Shown piece by piece: positions 39,364-50,741 of a DNA stretch of 64,000 nucleotides (within the stretch, counting starts at the first letter, position 1; each line of letters begins with the position of its first letter). This DNA comes from Longimicrobiales bacterium (GTDB lineage Bacteria > Gemmatimonadota > Gemmatimonadetes > Longimicrobiales > Gaopeijiaceae). The notes beneath the pieces were generated by a model, which searched no databases, was not told the origin of the DNA, and was given only the letters and a program-made list of their open reading frames with translations. The stretch spans positions 704,001-768,000 of the forward strand of contig CBDAON010000004.1 in assembly GCA_965198065.1 (NCBI GenBank). The letters run 5' to 3'. The position numbers and the translations under genes are program-made.

Positions 39364-39472
39364 AAAGCCACACGCGAGGGCGCGGGAGCCGAGCCCGCGG
39401 ACGCGAGCGATACCGAGCCGGGGCGCGGGGGCGGGGTTGACCCTCCCTGGCGGTGCCGGCAGCTTCTGCCCG

Positions 39473-39877
39473 ATGCGCCCGACCCCTTCTGGACGCCTTC
39501 GTCTCGCCGGTGCGCGCGCCCGAACGCGCGGCATCGCGCCCTGGGCGCTCCTCCTCTCCCTGGCGCTCCTGCCCCTCGGGGGCTGCACGGACCCGATGCC
39601 GCCGGCGACCCCGGGCGAGGCGATCCCTCGGGAGCTCTTCATCGACTCGTACGTGGACCTCAGAGTCGAGGCGCTCCAGCGGCCCTCCGGCGTGCTGACG
39701 GCGGAGGAGAGCGAGCCGGTGCTCCGGAGACACGGGGTGACCGACCAGGACCTGAGGACCTTCATCGAGGTGCACGCTCGGGACATGCCCTACATGAGCG
39801 AGTTATGGTTCGAGATCGAGCGCCGTATTCGAGAGCGGATCGGGAGCAGCATCGTGACGCCTGAGCTGGCTCCATAG
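39473..39877 (+). CDS. Hypothetical helical lipoprotein
   Basis: Lipobox LGGC; VLRRHGVTDQDLRTF pattern; only plus-strand gene I find in the core run. Confidence 0.6.
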   Translation: MRPTPSGRLRLAGARARTRGIAPWALLLSLALLPLGGCTDPMPPATPGEAIPRELFIDSYVDLRVEALQRPSGVLTAEESEPVLRRHGVTDQDLRTFIEVHARDMPYMSELWFEIERRIRERIGSSIVTPELAP

Positions 39878-39907
39878 GCGATCCCCGACCGACCTAGTTG
39901 CGGACCA

Positions 39908-40513
39908 CTAGAGCACCAGGAAGGTGAACCCGATCGAAAGGGCCTTGCGCTCCCCCACGCTCCCGGCGATGCGAACGGCCCATCCCGGATCGAACGAGAG
40001 ATCGAGGCCCAGGTCCACTGCAAGACCGAGGGCCAGGTCCTCCGCCTCGGGGTCATCACTCCCCATCAGTGCGTCCAGGATCACGCGCGGGGTGGCGTAC
40101 GGGTTCACCCGCACGCCCTCTCCCTCCATCTCGCGGCCGACCGAGAGGCCGAGCGGTACGCTCAGGAGCACGGAGTCGCCGACACCGAACCCCGCTCCCG
40201 TCACCCACTGGACGTCCACCGGTAGATCGTCCGTCGCTGCGATGAGCCCGCCCGACACATCGACGCCCCCGAACACAGCGACCTCCTCGACCCGATCCTC
40301 GGCCAGCCCGATGCGGAAGCCGAACGGCCCACCACTCCGCCACGTGCTCATGATCCCGATCCCATTCCCGGGAGTGGGGTCGGTCAGATAAACGCCCCAG
40401 CCGAGGGGCGTGGACGGCGAGACCATGAGGGGGCCCTCCCAGGGAACCTGCCCCGAAAGCGGGACCGCCCAGAGAGCCAGACCCAGCGTTACCGGCAGGA
40501 ACGCGTGTCGCAT
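39908..40513 (-). CDS. Hypothetical outer-membrane beta-barrel protein
   Basis: Signal peptide, alternating amphipathic strands, LSIGFTF near the C-terminus. Confidence 0.7.
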   Translation of the reverse strand: MRHAFLPVTLGLALWAVPLSGQVPWEGPLMVSPSTPLGWGVYLTDPTPGNGIGIMSTWRSGGPFGFRIGLAEDRVEEVAVFGGVDVSGGLIAATDDLPVDVQWVTGAGFGVGDSVLLSVPLGLSVGREMEGEGVRVNPYATPRVILDALMGSDDPEAEDLALGLAVDLGLDLSFDPGWAVRIAGSVGERKALSIGFTFLVL

Positions 40514-40652
40514 TCTCGGGCCACTCCTTGACTGGGCCACGCACGGAAGGACGCCGCCACCCGCCCCCTGACGGGCCGAGGGAGCACGATGCGGTAAAGT
40601 TGCACGAAGGGCCGCGCGGGGAGAAGGGGACGCCGAGCCCCGGTTGCAAAGC

Positions 40653-41543
40653 TCAAGCCCTCCCGGCCGGGTCTCCTGCGTGGCGGGGGGGCGATTTCAA
40701 GCGTCCCACCCACCATATCCGGAGGAGGGTGGCGCCAAGGATCACGGCGCCACCCACCGCTCCCCAGACTGAAGGCCGCTCTCCGTGAACGAGCCACGCC
40801 CAGACCGGGTTCAGCGCCGGCTCCAGGAGGAGGAGGAGGCTCGCCTCGAGCGCGCCGACGCTCTGGAACGCACTGGATAGAAGAACGTACGCGAGCCCGA
40901 TCTGCACGGCACCGAGGTAGAGGATCACGAGCCAGTCCGTGCCGCTCGCGTTCTCGATGGGGAGGGCCACGGGAAGGCACGCCACAAAAGCGATCGCGTT
41001 CCCCATTGCGACGGCCGCCAGCGTAGCGTCGGAGCCCCCGGGCTCCCGACCGAGCCAGCGGAGCCCGGTGACCGTGAGCGCCCACGAGACCCCGCTCAGG
41101 ACCCCGAGCACGTTCCCACGGACTGGGTCGGGCGCCGTCGCGACGGGCACCTCGCTCCCCACGAAGAAGGCGGCGAGCCCGAGGCCCACGGCTGCCATGA
41201 ACGGGAGATCCGAGCGCCGGATCGGCTCTCGGAGCACGAACGGTCCCAGAAGGAGCAGGTAGAGCGGAGCCGTGGACTGGAGGAAGATCGCGTTCGCCGA
41301 CGTCGTGAGGCGGTTCGCCAAGACGAAGAGCACCAGAGTGGACGCATAGGCCACCGCCACGGGGACCAGACGCCACCGCCATCCGCGGCGAGCCGCGGGA
41401 AGGATCAGGAGGAGGGTGACGGCTGCCACCCCGGACCGGAGCCCGGCGATCGGCCAGCCTCCGAGGGAGGCGGCCTTGATGGCGGCGCCCCCGGTCGAGA
41501 ACAACGCCGCCGCCGCGAGGATCTGGAGGCGGCCTACTCCCAC
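40653..41543 (-). CDS. EamA/DMT family transporter
   Basis: About 10 TM segments; LQSTAPLY and [10 protein letters not shown] motifs. Confidence 0.88.
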   Translation of the reverse strand: MGVGRLQILAAAALFSTGGAAIKAASLGGWPIAGLRSGVAAVTLLLILPAARRGWRWRLVPVAVAYASTLVLFVLANRLTTSANAIFLQSTAPLYLLLLGPFVLREPIRRSDLPFMAAVGLGLAAFFVGSEVPVATAPDPVRGNVLGVLSGVSWALTVTGLRWLGREPGGSDATLAAVAMGNAIAFVACLPVALPIENASGTDWLVILYLGAVQIGLAYVLLSSAFQSVGALEASLLLLLEPALNPVWAWLVHGERPSVWGAVGGAVILGATLLRIWWVGRLKSPPRHAGDPAGRA

Positions 41544-43084
41544 TCGATCGTGGCCGGAGGCTTCGAGCTCACGTCGTAGGCGACCCGGTTCACGCCGCGG
41601 ACCTCGTTGATGATCTGGGTGGAGACGCGAGCGAGGACGTCCGGGGGGAACGGGTACCAGTCCGCTGTCATCCCATCCCTCGAGGTGACGGCGCGCAGGG
41701 CCACCACGTTCTCGTACGTGCGACCGTCCCCCATGACCCCGACAGAGCGGACCGGAAGGAGAACAGCGAACGCCTGCCAGATCTCGTCGTAGAGGCCGGC
41801 CGTCCGGATCCCGTCGAGGAAGATCTCGTCGGCCTCGCGGAGAATCTCGAGCCGCTCCTCGGAGACCTCACCCAACACCCGAACCGCGAGGCCAGGCCCC
41901 GGGAAGGGGTGTCTTCCCACGAACTCCTCGGAGAGCCCCAGCTCGCGCCCGACGTTTCGCACCTCGTCCTTGAAGAGCTCCCGGAGCGGCTCGATCAACT
42001 CGAACGGCATGTCCGTCGGGAGACCCCCCACATTGTGGTGTGTCTTGATCGTAGCTGACGGGCCCCCCGTCGATACGGACTCGATGACGTCGGGATAGAG
42101 CGTCCCCTGGACGAGAAACCGTGCGGCCGCCCCCTCCTCTTCAGCGGCCCGCTGGAAGACGCGGATGAACGTCCGCCCGATGATGCGTCGCTTCTCCTCG
42201 GGATCCGCTACGCCCCGGAGCTCGCGGAGAAACCGCTCCCGAGCGTCCATCGTCACGAGCCGGATTCCCATGTGGCGGCGGAAGGTCCGCTCGACGGATT
42301 CCCGCTCGCCTTTCCGGAGGAGACCGTTGTCCACGAAGATGCAGGTGAGGCGGTCTCCGACCGCACGGTGGACGAGCGCAGCGGCGACGGACGAGTCCAC
42401 CCCCCCTGAGAGGGCGCAAAGGACCCGCCCGCCCCTCGCCCGCTCCCGAATGCGCGCGACGGATTCCTCCACGAACGCTCCGGGCGTCCACGTCGGCTCG
42501 AGCGCCGCCGTCTGGAAGAGGAAGTTCGAGAGGATCTCCTCCCCTCTCGTCGTGTGCGCCACCTCAGGGTGGAACTGGACCCCGAAGATCTTCCGGTCGG
42601 CCTCACGGAAGGCCGCCACCGACAGGGTCGAAGTGGACGCGAGGGCCTCGTATCCCGGAGGCGGCTCGTCCACGTGATCCCCGTGGGAACACCAGACCTG
42701 CGTGGGCGTCTCCGGATCGAAGCCCTCGAAGAGCGAGTCCCGGACGAGCACGCGCAGGTCCGCGCGTCCGTACTCCCGTCGGCCGTGCTGGACGTGAGCC
42801 CCCTCCAACTGGGCGATGAGCTGCATCCCGTAGCAGATCCCGAGGATCGGGATCCCCTCCTCGAGGAGGCACCGGTCGAGGGTCGGCGCGCCTTCGCCGT
42901 ACACGGAGGCGGGCCCTCCGGAGAGGACGATCGCTCCCGGAGCCCACTCCCGGATCCACTCGAGCGACCGGGTCGGAGGATGGATCTCGCAGAAGACGCG
43001 TTCCGCCCGGATCTTGCGGGCGATCAGCTGAGTGTACTGGGACCCGTAGTCGAGGATGAGGACCCGGTTACGATCCGAGCTCAT
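41534..43084 (-). CDS. guaA: GMP synthase (glutamine-hydrolysing)
   Basis: [37 protein letters not shown]. Confidence 0.98.
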   Translation of the reverse strand: MSSDRNRVLILDYGSQYTQLIARKIRAERVFCEIHPPTRSLEWIREWAPGAIVLSGGPASVYGEGAPTLDRCLLEEGIPILGICYGMQLIAQLEGAHVQHGRREYGRADLRVLVRDSLFEGFDPETPTQVWCSHGDHVDEPPPGYEALASTSTLSVAAFREADRKIFGVQFHPEVAHTTRGEEILSNFLFQTAALEPTWTPGAFVEESVARIRERARGGRVLCALSGGVDSSVAAALVHRAVGDRLTCIFVDNGLLRKGERESVERTFRRHMGIRLVTMDARERFLRELRGVADPEEKRRIIGRTFIRVFQRAAEEEGAAARFLVQGTLYPDVIESVSTGGPSATIKTHHNVGGLPTDMPFELIEPLRELFKDEVRNVGRELGLSEEFVGRHPFPGPGLAVRVLGEVSEERLEILREADEIFLDGIRTAGLYDEIWQAFAVLLPVRSVGVMGDGRTYENVVALRAVTSRDGMTADWYPFPPDVLARVSTQIINEVRGVNRVAYDVSSKPPATIEWE

Positions 43085-44415
43085 GGAGGGACGCCTCGAT
43101 TCGGCAGAGACCCGCTCGACGACGAAGGCAGCCTCTTAGGGATCACCTCTCCTTCCGTGAGAGATTCGACCGTTTCACGCCGGCGCACTAGGAGGCCCCG
43201 CCCACCCTCGACGATGACTTCCGCGGGCCGGAGGCGTGAGTTGTAGTTGGACGACATCGCGAACCCGTACGCGCCGGCCGTCCCCACGGCCAGGAGGTCA
43301 CCCGGCTCCGGGAGTGGGAGGTCGCGGGCGAGCCCGAGGAAGTCGCCGGTCTCGCAGACCGGCCCGACCACATCCACGACGACCCGTGGAGCGCCTTCTC
43401 TCGGGCGCACCGGCACGATGCGGTGGAACCCCTGGTAGAGGGAGGGCCGGATGAGGTCCGTCATCCCACCGTCCGTGACGACGAACGTTTTTCCGGCCGA
43501 TCGCTTCACGTAGAGGACCCGTACGAGGAGAACGCCCGCCTCGCCCACGATCGCGCGGCCCGGCTCGAGCACGAGCTCGAGGCCGCGAGGCTTCAGGCGC
43601 CCTATCACCTCCCGCGCGAACGCATCCAGATCCAGGCCGGCCTCGCCGTCATAGCCGATGCCGAACCCGCCTCCGAGGTCCACGTACTCGAGGCCGATCC
43701 CCCCTGCCACGAGCCGGTCGACCAGCGCCGTCACGCTCTCCAGAGTCCGGAGATAGGGCGCGGTGTCCAGGATCTGGGAGCCGATGTGCACGTCCAGGCC
43801 TCGGGCCTCGAGGTGGGCGTCCTCGCTCATCGACCGGTAGAGGTCCTCGGCTTCGGCGGCCGGGATCCCGAACTTGCTCTCCGCGTGCCCCGTCCTCGTA
43901 TACGCGTGCGGCGTCTCGGTGTCTACGCCGGGGTTAACGCGGAGCCCCACGGACGCCACGAGCCCCTTCCGCGCCGATATCCTGCTCAGGAGGGCCAGCT
44001 CCCCAGCGCTCTCGACGTGGAAGGCGAAGATCCCCGCGTCGAGCCCGGCCTCGAGCTCCCGCTCGGTCTTCCCCGCCCCCGCGAAGACGATCAGCTCCGG
44101 GGGGAAGCCGGCGACGAGCGCGCGGTGGAGCTCGCCGAGCGACACGATGTCCGCCCCGGCTCCGAGCGCCGCGATTCGGTTCAGGAGCGCGAGGGAACTG
44201 TTCGCCTTCACCGAGTACGCCAGGAGGAATTCTACCCCCCCGAACGTCTCCTGGAAGCGGCGCACCCGGGCCTCGACCCCCTCGACGTCGTAAACGTACA
44301 GGGGAGTTCCGTGCTCCGCGGCCAGCTCCTCGAGCGGCACGCCCCGACAGGTGAGGACCCCGTCCACCCGCGGGAAGCCCGGAGGCACGCCTTCGCCCGC
44401 GCTCGCCTTCGTCAG
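43081..44415 (-). CDS. lysA: Diaminopimelate decarboxylase (start 44415 CTG or 44388 GTG)
   Basis: [34 protein letters not shown]. Confidence 0.95.
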   Translation of the reverse strand: MTKASAGEGVPPGFPRVDGVLTCRGVPLEELAAEHGTPLYVYDVEGVEARVRRFQETFGGVEFLLAYSVKANSSLALLNRIAALGAGADIVSLGELHRALVAGFPPELIVFAGAGKTERELEAGLDAGIFAFHVESAGELALLSRISARKGLVASVGLRVNPGVDTETPHAYTRTGHAESKFGIPAAEAEDLYRSMSEDAHLEARGLDVHIGSQILDTAPYLRTLESVTALVDRLVAGGIGLEYVDLGGGFGIGYDGEAGLDLDAFAREVIGRLKPRGLELVLEPGRAIVGEAGVLLVRVLYVKRSAGKTFVVTDGGMTDLIRPSLYQGFHRIVPVRPREGAPRVVVDVVGPVCETGDFLGLARDLPLPEPGDLLAVGTAGAYGFAMSSNYNSRLRPAEVIVEGGRGLLVRRRETVESLTEGEVIPKRLPSSSSGSLPNRGVPP

Positions 44416-45872
44416 TATGCCTTCGCCCAGAGGACCTCCGTGAGCGCCTCTCCGCCTCCGACACACCGTGCCGGGGGCACGTCCGACCGGAACTCGGCGT
44501 CGGGAAGGCAGCGGAGAGTCGCTTTCGTTTCGGCTTTCACCCGCTCCTCTACCTCCGCCTTCCCACTCCAGCCCGTGTAGACGAAGCCCCCCGGACCCTC
44601 CAGGATCTCCTTCAGCTCCTCGAAGGTTCCTACGCCCCGGTGCGTGTTCACCTCCCGGAGCTCTCGGGCGCGCTCGAGGAGCTCACCTTGGAAGGCCTCG
44701 AGGCGAGACGGCACTTCCTCCACGGCCTGGTCCTCGGCGAGGAAGAGCTTTCGCTCCTCGCCCTCGGAGGTAACGCGCTTCACGAGTACGACCTGGCCCT
44801 TCTTCAGGTCCCGCGGGCCGATCTCCATCCGGAGCGGCACGCCCTTTCGCTCCCACTCGTAGAACTTGGCCCCCGGGCTCAGGGAATCCCGATCGTCCAC
44901 GCGCACCCGGACGCCCGCCTGTCCCAGGCGGCGGCCGAGCTCGTGGGCCTTCTCGACCACCGCCGTCCTCTCCTCGTCCGACCTCGAGATAGGGAGAATC
45001 ACAATCTGGATCGGGGCCAGCCTCGGCGGAACGACGACCCCCTGGTCGTCCCCGTGCGTCATGACCAGGGCGCCGACGAGGCGCGTCGAGACACCCCAGG
45101 ACGTGTTCCAGGCGTGCTCCTCCTCGCCCGTCTCGGTCTGGAAGGTGAGATCGAACTGCTTCGAGAAGTTCTGCCCGAGGTCGTGTGAGGTGCCCGCCTG
45201 GAGGGCTCGTCGGTCCTGCATCATCGCCTCCAAGCTGTACGTCCGGACCGCCCCCGCGAACCTCTCGCTCTCCGACTTGACACCGGTAACGACCGGCATC
45301 GCCATCCAATCCTCCATGAACGTGCGGTATACGCCGAGCATGCGGAGCGCCTCCTCGTTCGCCTCCACCTCGGTCGCGTGCGCCGTGTGCCCCTCCTGCC
45401 AGAGGAACTCCGTAGTGCGGAGGAAGAGCCTCGTCCGTAGCTCCCACCGCATCACGTTCGCCCACTGATTCAACAGCACCGGCAGGTCCCGGTACGACTG
45501 CACCCACTTCGCGAACATCGAGTAGATGATCGTCTCGGAGGTGGGCCGTACGACGAGCGGCTCCTCCAGCTCCTTCCCTCCCGCGTGGGTGACCACCGCG
45601 AGCTCCGGCCTGAATCCGGCGACGTGCTCCTTCTCCTTCTCGATGAAGCTCATGGGGATGAGGAGCGGGAAGTAGGCGTTCTCGTGCCCCGTCTCTTTGA
45701 ACATGTCATCGAGCGCGCGCTGCATGTTCTCCCAGATCGTGTAACCCCACGGCCGGATGACCATGCTGCCGCGCACGGGGGAGTAGTCCGCAAGCTCCGC
45801 GCGGAGCACGACCTCGGTGTACCAGGCGCTGAAGTCCTGCCCCCTCGGGGGCAGGGCCTTGTCGTCCGACAT
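44412..45872 (-). CDS. proS: Proline--tRNA ligase, archaeal/eukaryotic type
   Basis: RPTSET, FLRTTEFLWQEGHT, QAGTSH, SWGVSTR, C-terminal KAY; no INS editing domain. Confidence 0.97.
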   Translation of the reverse strand: MSDDKALPPRGQDFSAWYTEVVLRAELADYSPVRGSMVIRPWGYTIWENMQRALDDMFKETGHENAYFPLLIPMSFIEKEKEHVAGFRPELAVVTHAGGKELEEPLVVRPTSETIIYSMFAKWVQSYRDLPVLLNQWANVMRWELRTRLFLRTTEFLWQEGHTAHATEVEANEEALRMLGVYRTFMEDWMAMPVVTGVKSESERFAGAVRTYSLEAMMQDRRALQAGTSHDLGQNFSKQFDLTFQTETGEEEHAWNTSWGVSTRLVGALVMTHGDDQGVVVPPRLAPIQIVILPISRSDEERTAVVEKAHELGRRLGQAGVRVRVDDRDSLSPGAKFYEWERKGVPLRMEIGPRDLKKGQVVLVKRVTSEGEERKLFLAEDQAVEEVPSRLEAFQGELLERARELREVNTHRGVGTFEELKEILEGPGGFVYTGWSGKAEVEERVKAETKATLRCLPDAEFRSDVPPARCVGGGEALTEVLWAKAY

Positions 45873-45909
45873 GTCGCCCCTCTCGAGCTTCCTCTCTTAC
45901 GCGTCCGAC

Positions 45910-47244
45910 CTACGCGTCCGCTCCCCCGGAGACCCCGCCCGACGTTAGGGCGGTCACGCCGCCCCAGTGCTCGAGGGGAGTCTCCCGCTCCTCTCCCGTG
46001 GCCATGTCCCGCACCTTGGCCACGCCCCTGGACACCTCCTCGGGCCCGAGGATCATCACCTCCCGGGCCCCGGCCGCCGCCGCCGCCGAGAACTGCTTCT
46101 TCAGGCTCTGGTGTCGGAGCGGATAAACGACGCTCCGACCTCGCTCCCGCATGGCCCGTCCCAGGCGGCGGGCAATCGGCACCTCCGTCTCGGATACCGT
46201 GACGACGAACACGTCCACTTCCCGACGGTGCCTGGGAACGAGCCCCCGTTCCACGAGGAGCTCGCTCAGCACGACGTCTCCCATCCCGAACCCCACCGCC
46301 GGGAGGGCCTCCCCACCCGCCCACTCGAGGAGCTGGTCGTAGCGACCCCCGCCACAGATGGCACGGAGCTCGCCCCCCTGATCGAAGATCTCGAAGACGA
46401 GGCCCGTGTAGTACGCGAGCCCCCGCACGATCGAGAGGTCGAACTCGACGAACTCCTGGAGCCCCAGGTCGGCCATCGCGTCCATGAACGCCCGGATCCG
46501 CTCGAGCCTCTTCGAGACGCCCTCGGCCTCCCCTACCGCCGCCTCCACCGCATCCACGCCCCGGCTCCGGAAGAGGTCGAGGATGGACTCCGCGCGCTCG
46601 GGCGAGAGCCCCACCTCCGGGCCGGAGAGCCGCTCGATCAGGGTCTCGGTCCTCTCCCGCTCGATCTTGTCAATGATCGCGAAGGCAGATCCGAGCTTCC
46701 CTTCCGCCACCCCCCGGGCGAGGAGAATCTCCGAGAGCAGGACCCGGTCCGAGACCCGAGCCCGGACGTCCCCGGGCCCCAAGCCGAGCTCCCGGAGGCC
46801 ATCCAAGGCCACGGCCAGGACCTCCGCGTCCGCCTCCACCCCCTCCTCCCCCACGAGGTCCACATTCCACTGGAAGTGCTCGCGGAGCCGGCCCCGCTGC
46901 TGCCGCTCGTAGCGGAACAGATGTGGGATCGAAAACCAGCGCACGGGCTTCGCCATGGACCGGCTGTGCTCGCCCAGGATCCTCGCGAGAGACGGGGTCA
47001 TCTCCGGCCTCAGCGCCACGCGCCGGTCACCCTTGTCCACGAACTCGTAGAGCTGCGCGACGATTTCCGGTCCGCTCTTCTCAGTGTAGAGCTCGAGGGG
47101 CTCCAAAGGCGGGCCGTCGTACTCCAGGAAGCCGTAGCGCCGGGAGACCCGGCGCCACGCATCGAACAGGTGATTTCGGAGGGCCAGCTGCTCCGGAAGG
47201 AAATCGCGAAACCCCGGGAGTTTCGCCTTCCTGGATTTCGACAT
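45910..47244 (-). CDS. hisS: Histidine--tRNA ligase
   Basis: LRPEMT, RYERQQRGRLREH, RGLAYYTG, GGGRYD. Confidence 0.96.
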   Translation of the reverse strand: MSKSRKAKLPGFRDFLPEQLALRNHLFDAWRRVSRRYGFLEYDGPPLEPLELYTEKSGPEIVAQLYEFVDKGDRRVALRPEMTPSLARILGEHSRSMAKPVRWFSIPHLFRYERQQRGRLREHFQWNVDLVGEEGVEADAEVLAVALDGLRELGLGPGDVRARVSDRVLLSEILLARGVAEGKLGSAFAIIDKIERERTETLIERLSGPEVGLSPERAESILDLFRSRGVDAVEAAVGEAEGVSKRLERIRAFMDAMADLGLQEFVEFDLSIVRGLAYYTGLVFEIFDQGGELRAICGGGRYDQLLEWAGGEALPAVGFGMGDVVLSELLVERGLVPRHRREVDVFVVTVSETEVPIARRLGRAMRERGRSVVYPLRHQSLKKQFSAAAAAGAREVMILGPEEVSRGVAKVRDMATGEERETPLEHWGGVTALTSGGVSGGADA

Positions 47245-47252
47245 GCGCGAAT

Positions 47253-48605
47253 CTACCCGGGATCCGCCGCCAGGGGCAAGGCTTCCAGGGGGGTCTTCCC
47301 GAGCCGGGCGAGGGCGTCTCCAACCGTGTGGAGAGAGCCCATCACGACGACCGTTCCGGAGGCGCCCGCGAGTTGTCCCGCGACGTCCAGCGCGGCGTCG
47401 AAGTCCACCGCTAAGCGTCCCCTAGGGGCGGGGAGCGAAGCCAGCGCCGCCTCGGGATCCCAGCGTCGGTCCGCGGGAGCCGACGGCGGGGTGGTGAGGA
47501 CGAGCACGTCGATCGCCTCGAGAAGCTCGTCCAGCATCTCGAGCCAGGCCTTGTCCTGGAGGATCCCGACCACGCCCACCCGCGGCCCGCCCAAGTCCAG
47601 CTCCCCCAGCGTAGCGGTGAGCGCCCGCACGCCGTCCGGATTGTGCGCGACGTCCAGGACCCAGCGCCGCCCCTCCACGAGCTCCACCTGGAAGCGTCCG
47701 GGCATGCGCATCCGGAGCACCCCTTCCCGCACCGCTCCCGAGGTGACCGGGAGGCGGAGGGGCAGAGCCTCCAGCGAGCGGACCGCGAGCGCGACGTTCC
47801 TCATCTGGTGGCGGCCGCACAGGCTCGAGGCCAGCTCGAGGGAACCCCAGCGCTGGGTGCCCACGCTCAGCCGCGAGCCATCGAGGGAGATCTTCCCCTC
47901 CGGCTGCCCGATGCGCCGGAGGGGCACGCCGCGGGCCGCCGCCTCCTCCCGGAGGATCGCCATGGCGACGGGATCGTCGGCGGCCGTGAACGCGGGCACG
48001 CCGCGCTTCAGGATCCCGCCCTTCTCGCGGGCAATCTCCGCCACCGTCCCACCCAGGAGGTCGCGGTGCTCCACTCCCACGTTGGTGATCGCCGTGAGCA
48101 CAGGGGACACCACGTTCGTGGCGTCGAGGCGGCCGCCGAGCCCCACCTCGACCACGGCCACGTCCACCTCGGCCAAGGCGAGGGCGTGGAAGGCGAGCGC
48201 GGTCGCCGCCTCGAAGAAGGAGGGGTCGTCCCTCAGGAAGAGCGGGCGGAGGTCCTGGGACCACTCCTCCAGGAGCTCGTCCGGGAGCGGGCGCCCGTCC
48301 ACAAGGATCCGTTCCCGGAACGAGACGAGGTGCGGCGACGTGTAGAGGCCCGTGCGAAACCCGGCTGCGGACAGGATCCCGGCCCAGAGCCGAGCCACGG
48401 ACCCCTTTCCGTTCGTCCCACCTACATGGAGGATCGGGTAGGAGCGATGGGGGTGACCGAGCGCCGCGAGCATCCGCTCGGTCCTCTCGAGCCCCCACTT
48501 TACGACCCCGGGGAGGGGCGGAAAGAGGCGGGCGGCCAGCGGATCGTCCGACGGAAGCCCGGAGGGATACGCTCCCGAGGTACGCTCGAGGGCTTCCCGG
48601 GTCAC
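47253..48605 (-). CDS. folC: Folylpolyglutamate synthase/dihydrofolate synthase
   Basis: GTNGKGS, TSPHL, EVGLGGRLDATN, DVAHNPDG. Confidence 0.95.
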   Translation of the reverse strand: MTREALERTSGAYPSGLPSDDPLAARLFPPLPGVVKWGLERTERMLAALGHPHRSYPILHVGGTNGKGSVARLWAGILSAAGFRTGLYTSPHLVSFRERILVDGRPLPDELLEEWSQDLRPLFLRDDPSFFEAATALAFHALALAEVDVAVVEVGLGGRLDATNVVSPVLTAITNVGVEHRDLLGGTVAEIAREKGGILKRGVPAFTAADDPVAMAILREEAAARGVPLRRIGQPEGKISLDGSRLSVGTQRWGSLELASSLCGRHQMRNVALAVRSLEALPLRLPVTSGAVREGVLRMRMPGRFQVELVEGRRWVLDVAHNPDGVRALTATLGELDLGGPRVGVVGILQDKAWLEMLDELLEAIDVLVLTTPPSAPADRRWDPEAALASLPAPRGRLAVDFDAALDVAGQLAGASGTVVVMGSLHTVGDALARLGKTPLEALPLAADPG

Positions 48606-49459
48606 CCACCCCCCGGAGCCGCCGCGAACATGAGGCGCAGAAGACGTATCGTCGTCTCGCGCAGCTCGCGACGGTCCACGACCAGGTCCACCATCCCGTG
48701 CTCGAGGAGGAACTCCGAGCGCTGGAACCCCTCGGGAAGCTCCTGCTTGATCGTCTCCTCGATCACGCGCGGCCCGGCGAACCCGACGAGAGCGCCCGGC
48801 TCCGCCAGGTTCACGTCCCCAAGCATCGAGAACGACGCGGTCACGCCCCCCGTGGTGGGATCCGCGAGCACGCTGACGTACGGGATCCCCGCCTCGTGGA
48901 GCCGCGCCAGGACGGCGGCCGTCTTGGCCATCTGCATGAGGGAGTAAATCCCCTCCATCATTCGGGCTCCGCCCGAGGCGGAGACGAGAATCAGGGGCCG
49001 TTCCTCAGCGAGTGAGCGGAGGCCGAGGCGCGCGATCTTCTCGCCGACGACCGATCCCATCGAGCCGCCGATGAACTCGAAGTCCATCACCCCCACAGCG
49101 ATCGGCATCCTGTCGAGTGTGGCCACGCCAGTCACGACCGCGTCCCAGCGACCCGTCTTCTTCTGCGCCGCGCTCAGCCGAGCTCCGTATGGCTTCAGAT
49201 CCACAAAGCCGAGGGGGTCCGCGCTCTGCACCTGGCGATCGACCTCCTGGAAGGTGCCAGGATCCGAGAAGATCTCGAGGTAGGTCTCGGCCGAGACCCG
49301 AAGGTGGTACCCGCACTTCGGACACACCCTCAGGTTCTGGACGAGCTTCTCCCGGTAAAGGATCTCGCCACAGCCCCCGCACTTCTCGAACACGTCGGAA
49401 GGGAGATCCCGACGATCGTCCGCCCGCAGGGGGGTTTTCTCCTTCCGGAACCAGGCCAT
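48602..49459 (-). CDS. accD: Acetyl-CoA carboxylase carboxyltransferase beta subunit
   Basis: C4 zinc finger, GGSMGSVVGE, SGGARMMEG, PTTGGV. Confidence 0.97.
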   Translation of the reverse strand: MAWFRKEKTPLRADDRRDLPSDVFEKCGGCGEILYREKLVQNLRVCPKCGYHLRVSAETYLEIFSDPGTFQEVDRQVQSADPLGFVDLKPYGARLSAAQKKTGRWDAVVTGVATLDRMPIAVGVMDFEFIGGSMGSVVGEKIARLGLRSLAEERPLILVSASGGARMMEGIYSLMQMAKTAAVLARLHEAGIPYVSVLADPTTGGVTASFSMLGDVNLAEPGALVGFAGPRVIEETIKQELPEGFQRSEFLLEHGMVDLVVDRRELRETTIRLLRLMFAAAPGGG

Positions 49460-49481
49460 CGTCCCGCTCCCGGCCGGCCGC

Positions 49482-50729
49482 CTATTCCTCTCCTGCCAGA
49501 CGGGCAGCCAGCGCCGTCATGGTCCAGCACGTGAGGAGGAAGGTGCCGCCGTAGCTCAGGAAGGGAAGAGGGATTCCCGTGATCGGCACGATGCCGATCG
49601 TCATCCCGAGGTTCACGAAAATGTGGACCAGCCAGGTTCCGAAGATACCGACGAGAACCAGGCCGGCAAAGGGATCGGGGCTCCGCTCGGCGAGCCTGAG
49701 CACGCGCCCGAGGAAGAGCGAGAAGAGGCCGATCGCGGCCAGGACCCCGAGGAAGCCGAGCTCCTCTCCAACCACGCTGAAGATGAAGTCCGTGTGCTGC
49801 TCGGGCAGGAAGTCGAGCCGCTTCTGGGTGCCCTCCGTGAACCCCTTTCCGAAGAGCCCCCCGCTCCCGATCGCCACCTTGGACTGGATGAGGTTCCATC
49901 CGGCGCCCCGCGGATCGAGCGAGGGGTCGAGGAAGACGAGCAGGCGATTTCTTTGGTACTGGGCGAGCGAGTTCCAGAGCGGGAGCGCTACGGTCCCCGC
50001 GGCCAGGTTCGCCAGCACGACCGAGAAGGACTCGGCCAAATACAGTCGATACCGGAACGCGTAGAGGACCGCGACCAGACCCACGAAGTATGCGGACCAG
50101 ACCCGCGCGTCGAAGGAGAGGATCAGGGCCAGGCCCGGGCTCGCGAGAAGGAGCATGTAGAGCCAGGGGGTTCCGGCCCAGAAGAGCGCCGCGAAGAGAA
50201 TCCCCACGAACGCGAGGGCGGTGCCGAGGTCTCCCTGGAGGACCACGAGCCCGAGCGGCGCGCCGATGAGCGCGCACGGACCGAGCAGGTCCCTCAGGTT
50301 CCGGGGGGGCTCCTCCCTAGCCGAGAGGAGGCGGGCGAGCCCTAAGACCGCGGCGATCTTCGCAAACTCGGACGGCTGGAATTGGAGAGCACCCAGTTCG
50401 ATCCAGGGTCCGGCCCCCTCGGCCGCGGTCGCGCCGGTACCGACCGCGAACGTCGCCGCGAGGAGGACGAGCGAGAAGAGGTACGCGGGGATCGCAAGCC
50501 ACTCAAACCACGCCGGACGCACCCGCGTCACTACCGTGAACACGGCAAGAGAGATGCCGAGCCAGGCGAGCTGCCGGAGCCACGCGTTCTCAGTGACCTC
50601 GCTCGGCACATTCAGCACCCCGGCCGAGAAGATCATCGCGAGCCCGAAGGCCGTGAGCGCAAGCGCGAGGGTAACGAGCGCGGGGTCCCGCGCCCACCTC
50701 CGGTACCAGTGCATGGGGTCCGTGCGCAC
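49482..50729 (-). CDS. rodA: Rod shape-determining SEDS protein
   Basis: FQPSEFAK, LPEQHTDFIF, GIPLPFLSYGG; follows mrdA. Confidence 0.95.
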   Translation of the reverse strand: MRTDPMHWYRRWARDPALVTLALALTAFGLAMIFSAGVLNVPSEVTENAWLRQLAWLGISLAVFTVVTRVRPAWFEWLAIPAYLFSLVLLAATFAVGTGATAAEGAGPWIELGALQFQPSEFAKIAAVLGLARLLSAREEPPRNLRDLLGPCALIGAPLGLVVLQGDLGTALAFVGILFAALFWAGTPWLYMLLLASPGLALILSFDARVWSAYFVGLVAVLYAFRYRLYLAESFSVVLANLAAGTVALPLWNSLAQYQRNRLLVFLDPSLDPRGAGWNLIQSKVAIGSGGLFGKGFTEGTQKRLDFLPEQHTDFIFSVVGEELGFLGVLAAIGLFSLFLGRVLRLAERSPDPFAGLVLVGIFGTWLVHIFVNLGMTIGIVPITGIPLPFLSYGGTFLLTCWTMTALAARLAGEE

Positions 50730-50741
50730 GGTGACCGCGGG

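Noticed and set aside
44412..45872. Eukaryote/archaea-type ProRS as a recent transfer
   Set aside because: This type is well known in several bacterial phyla and sits in a normal operon here.
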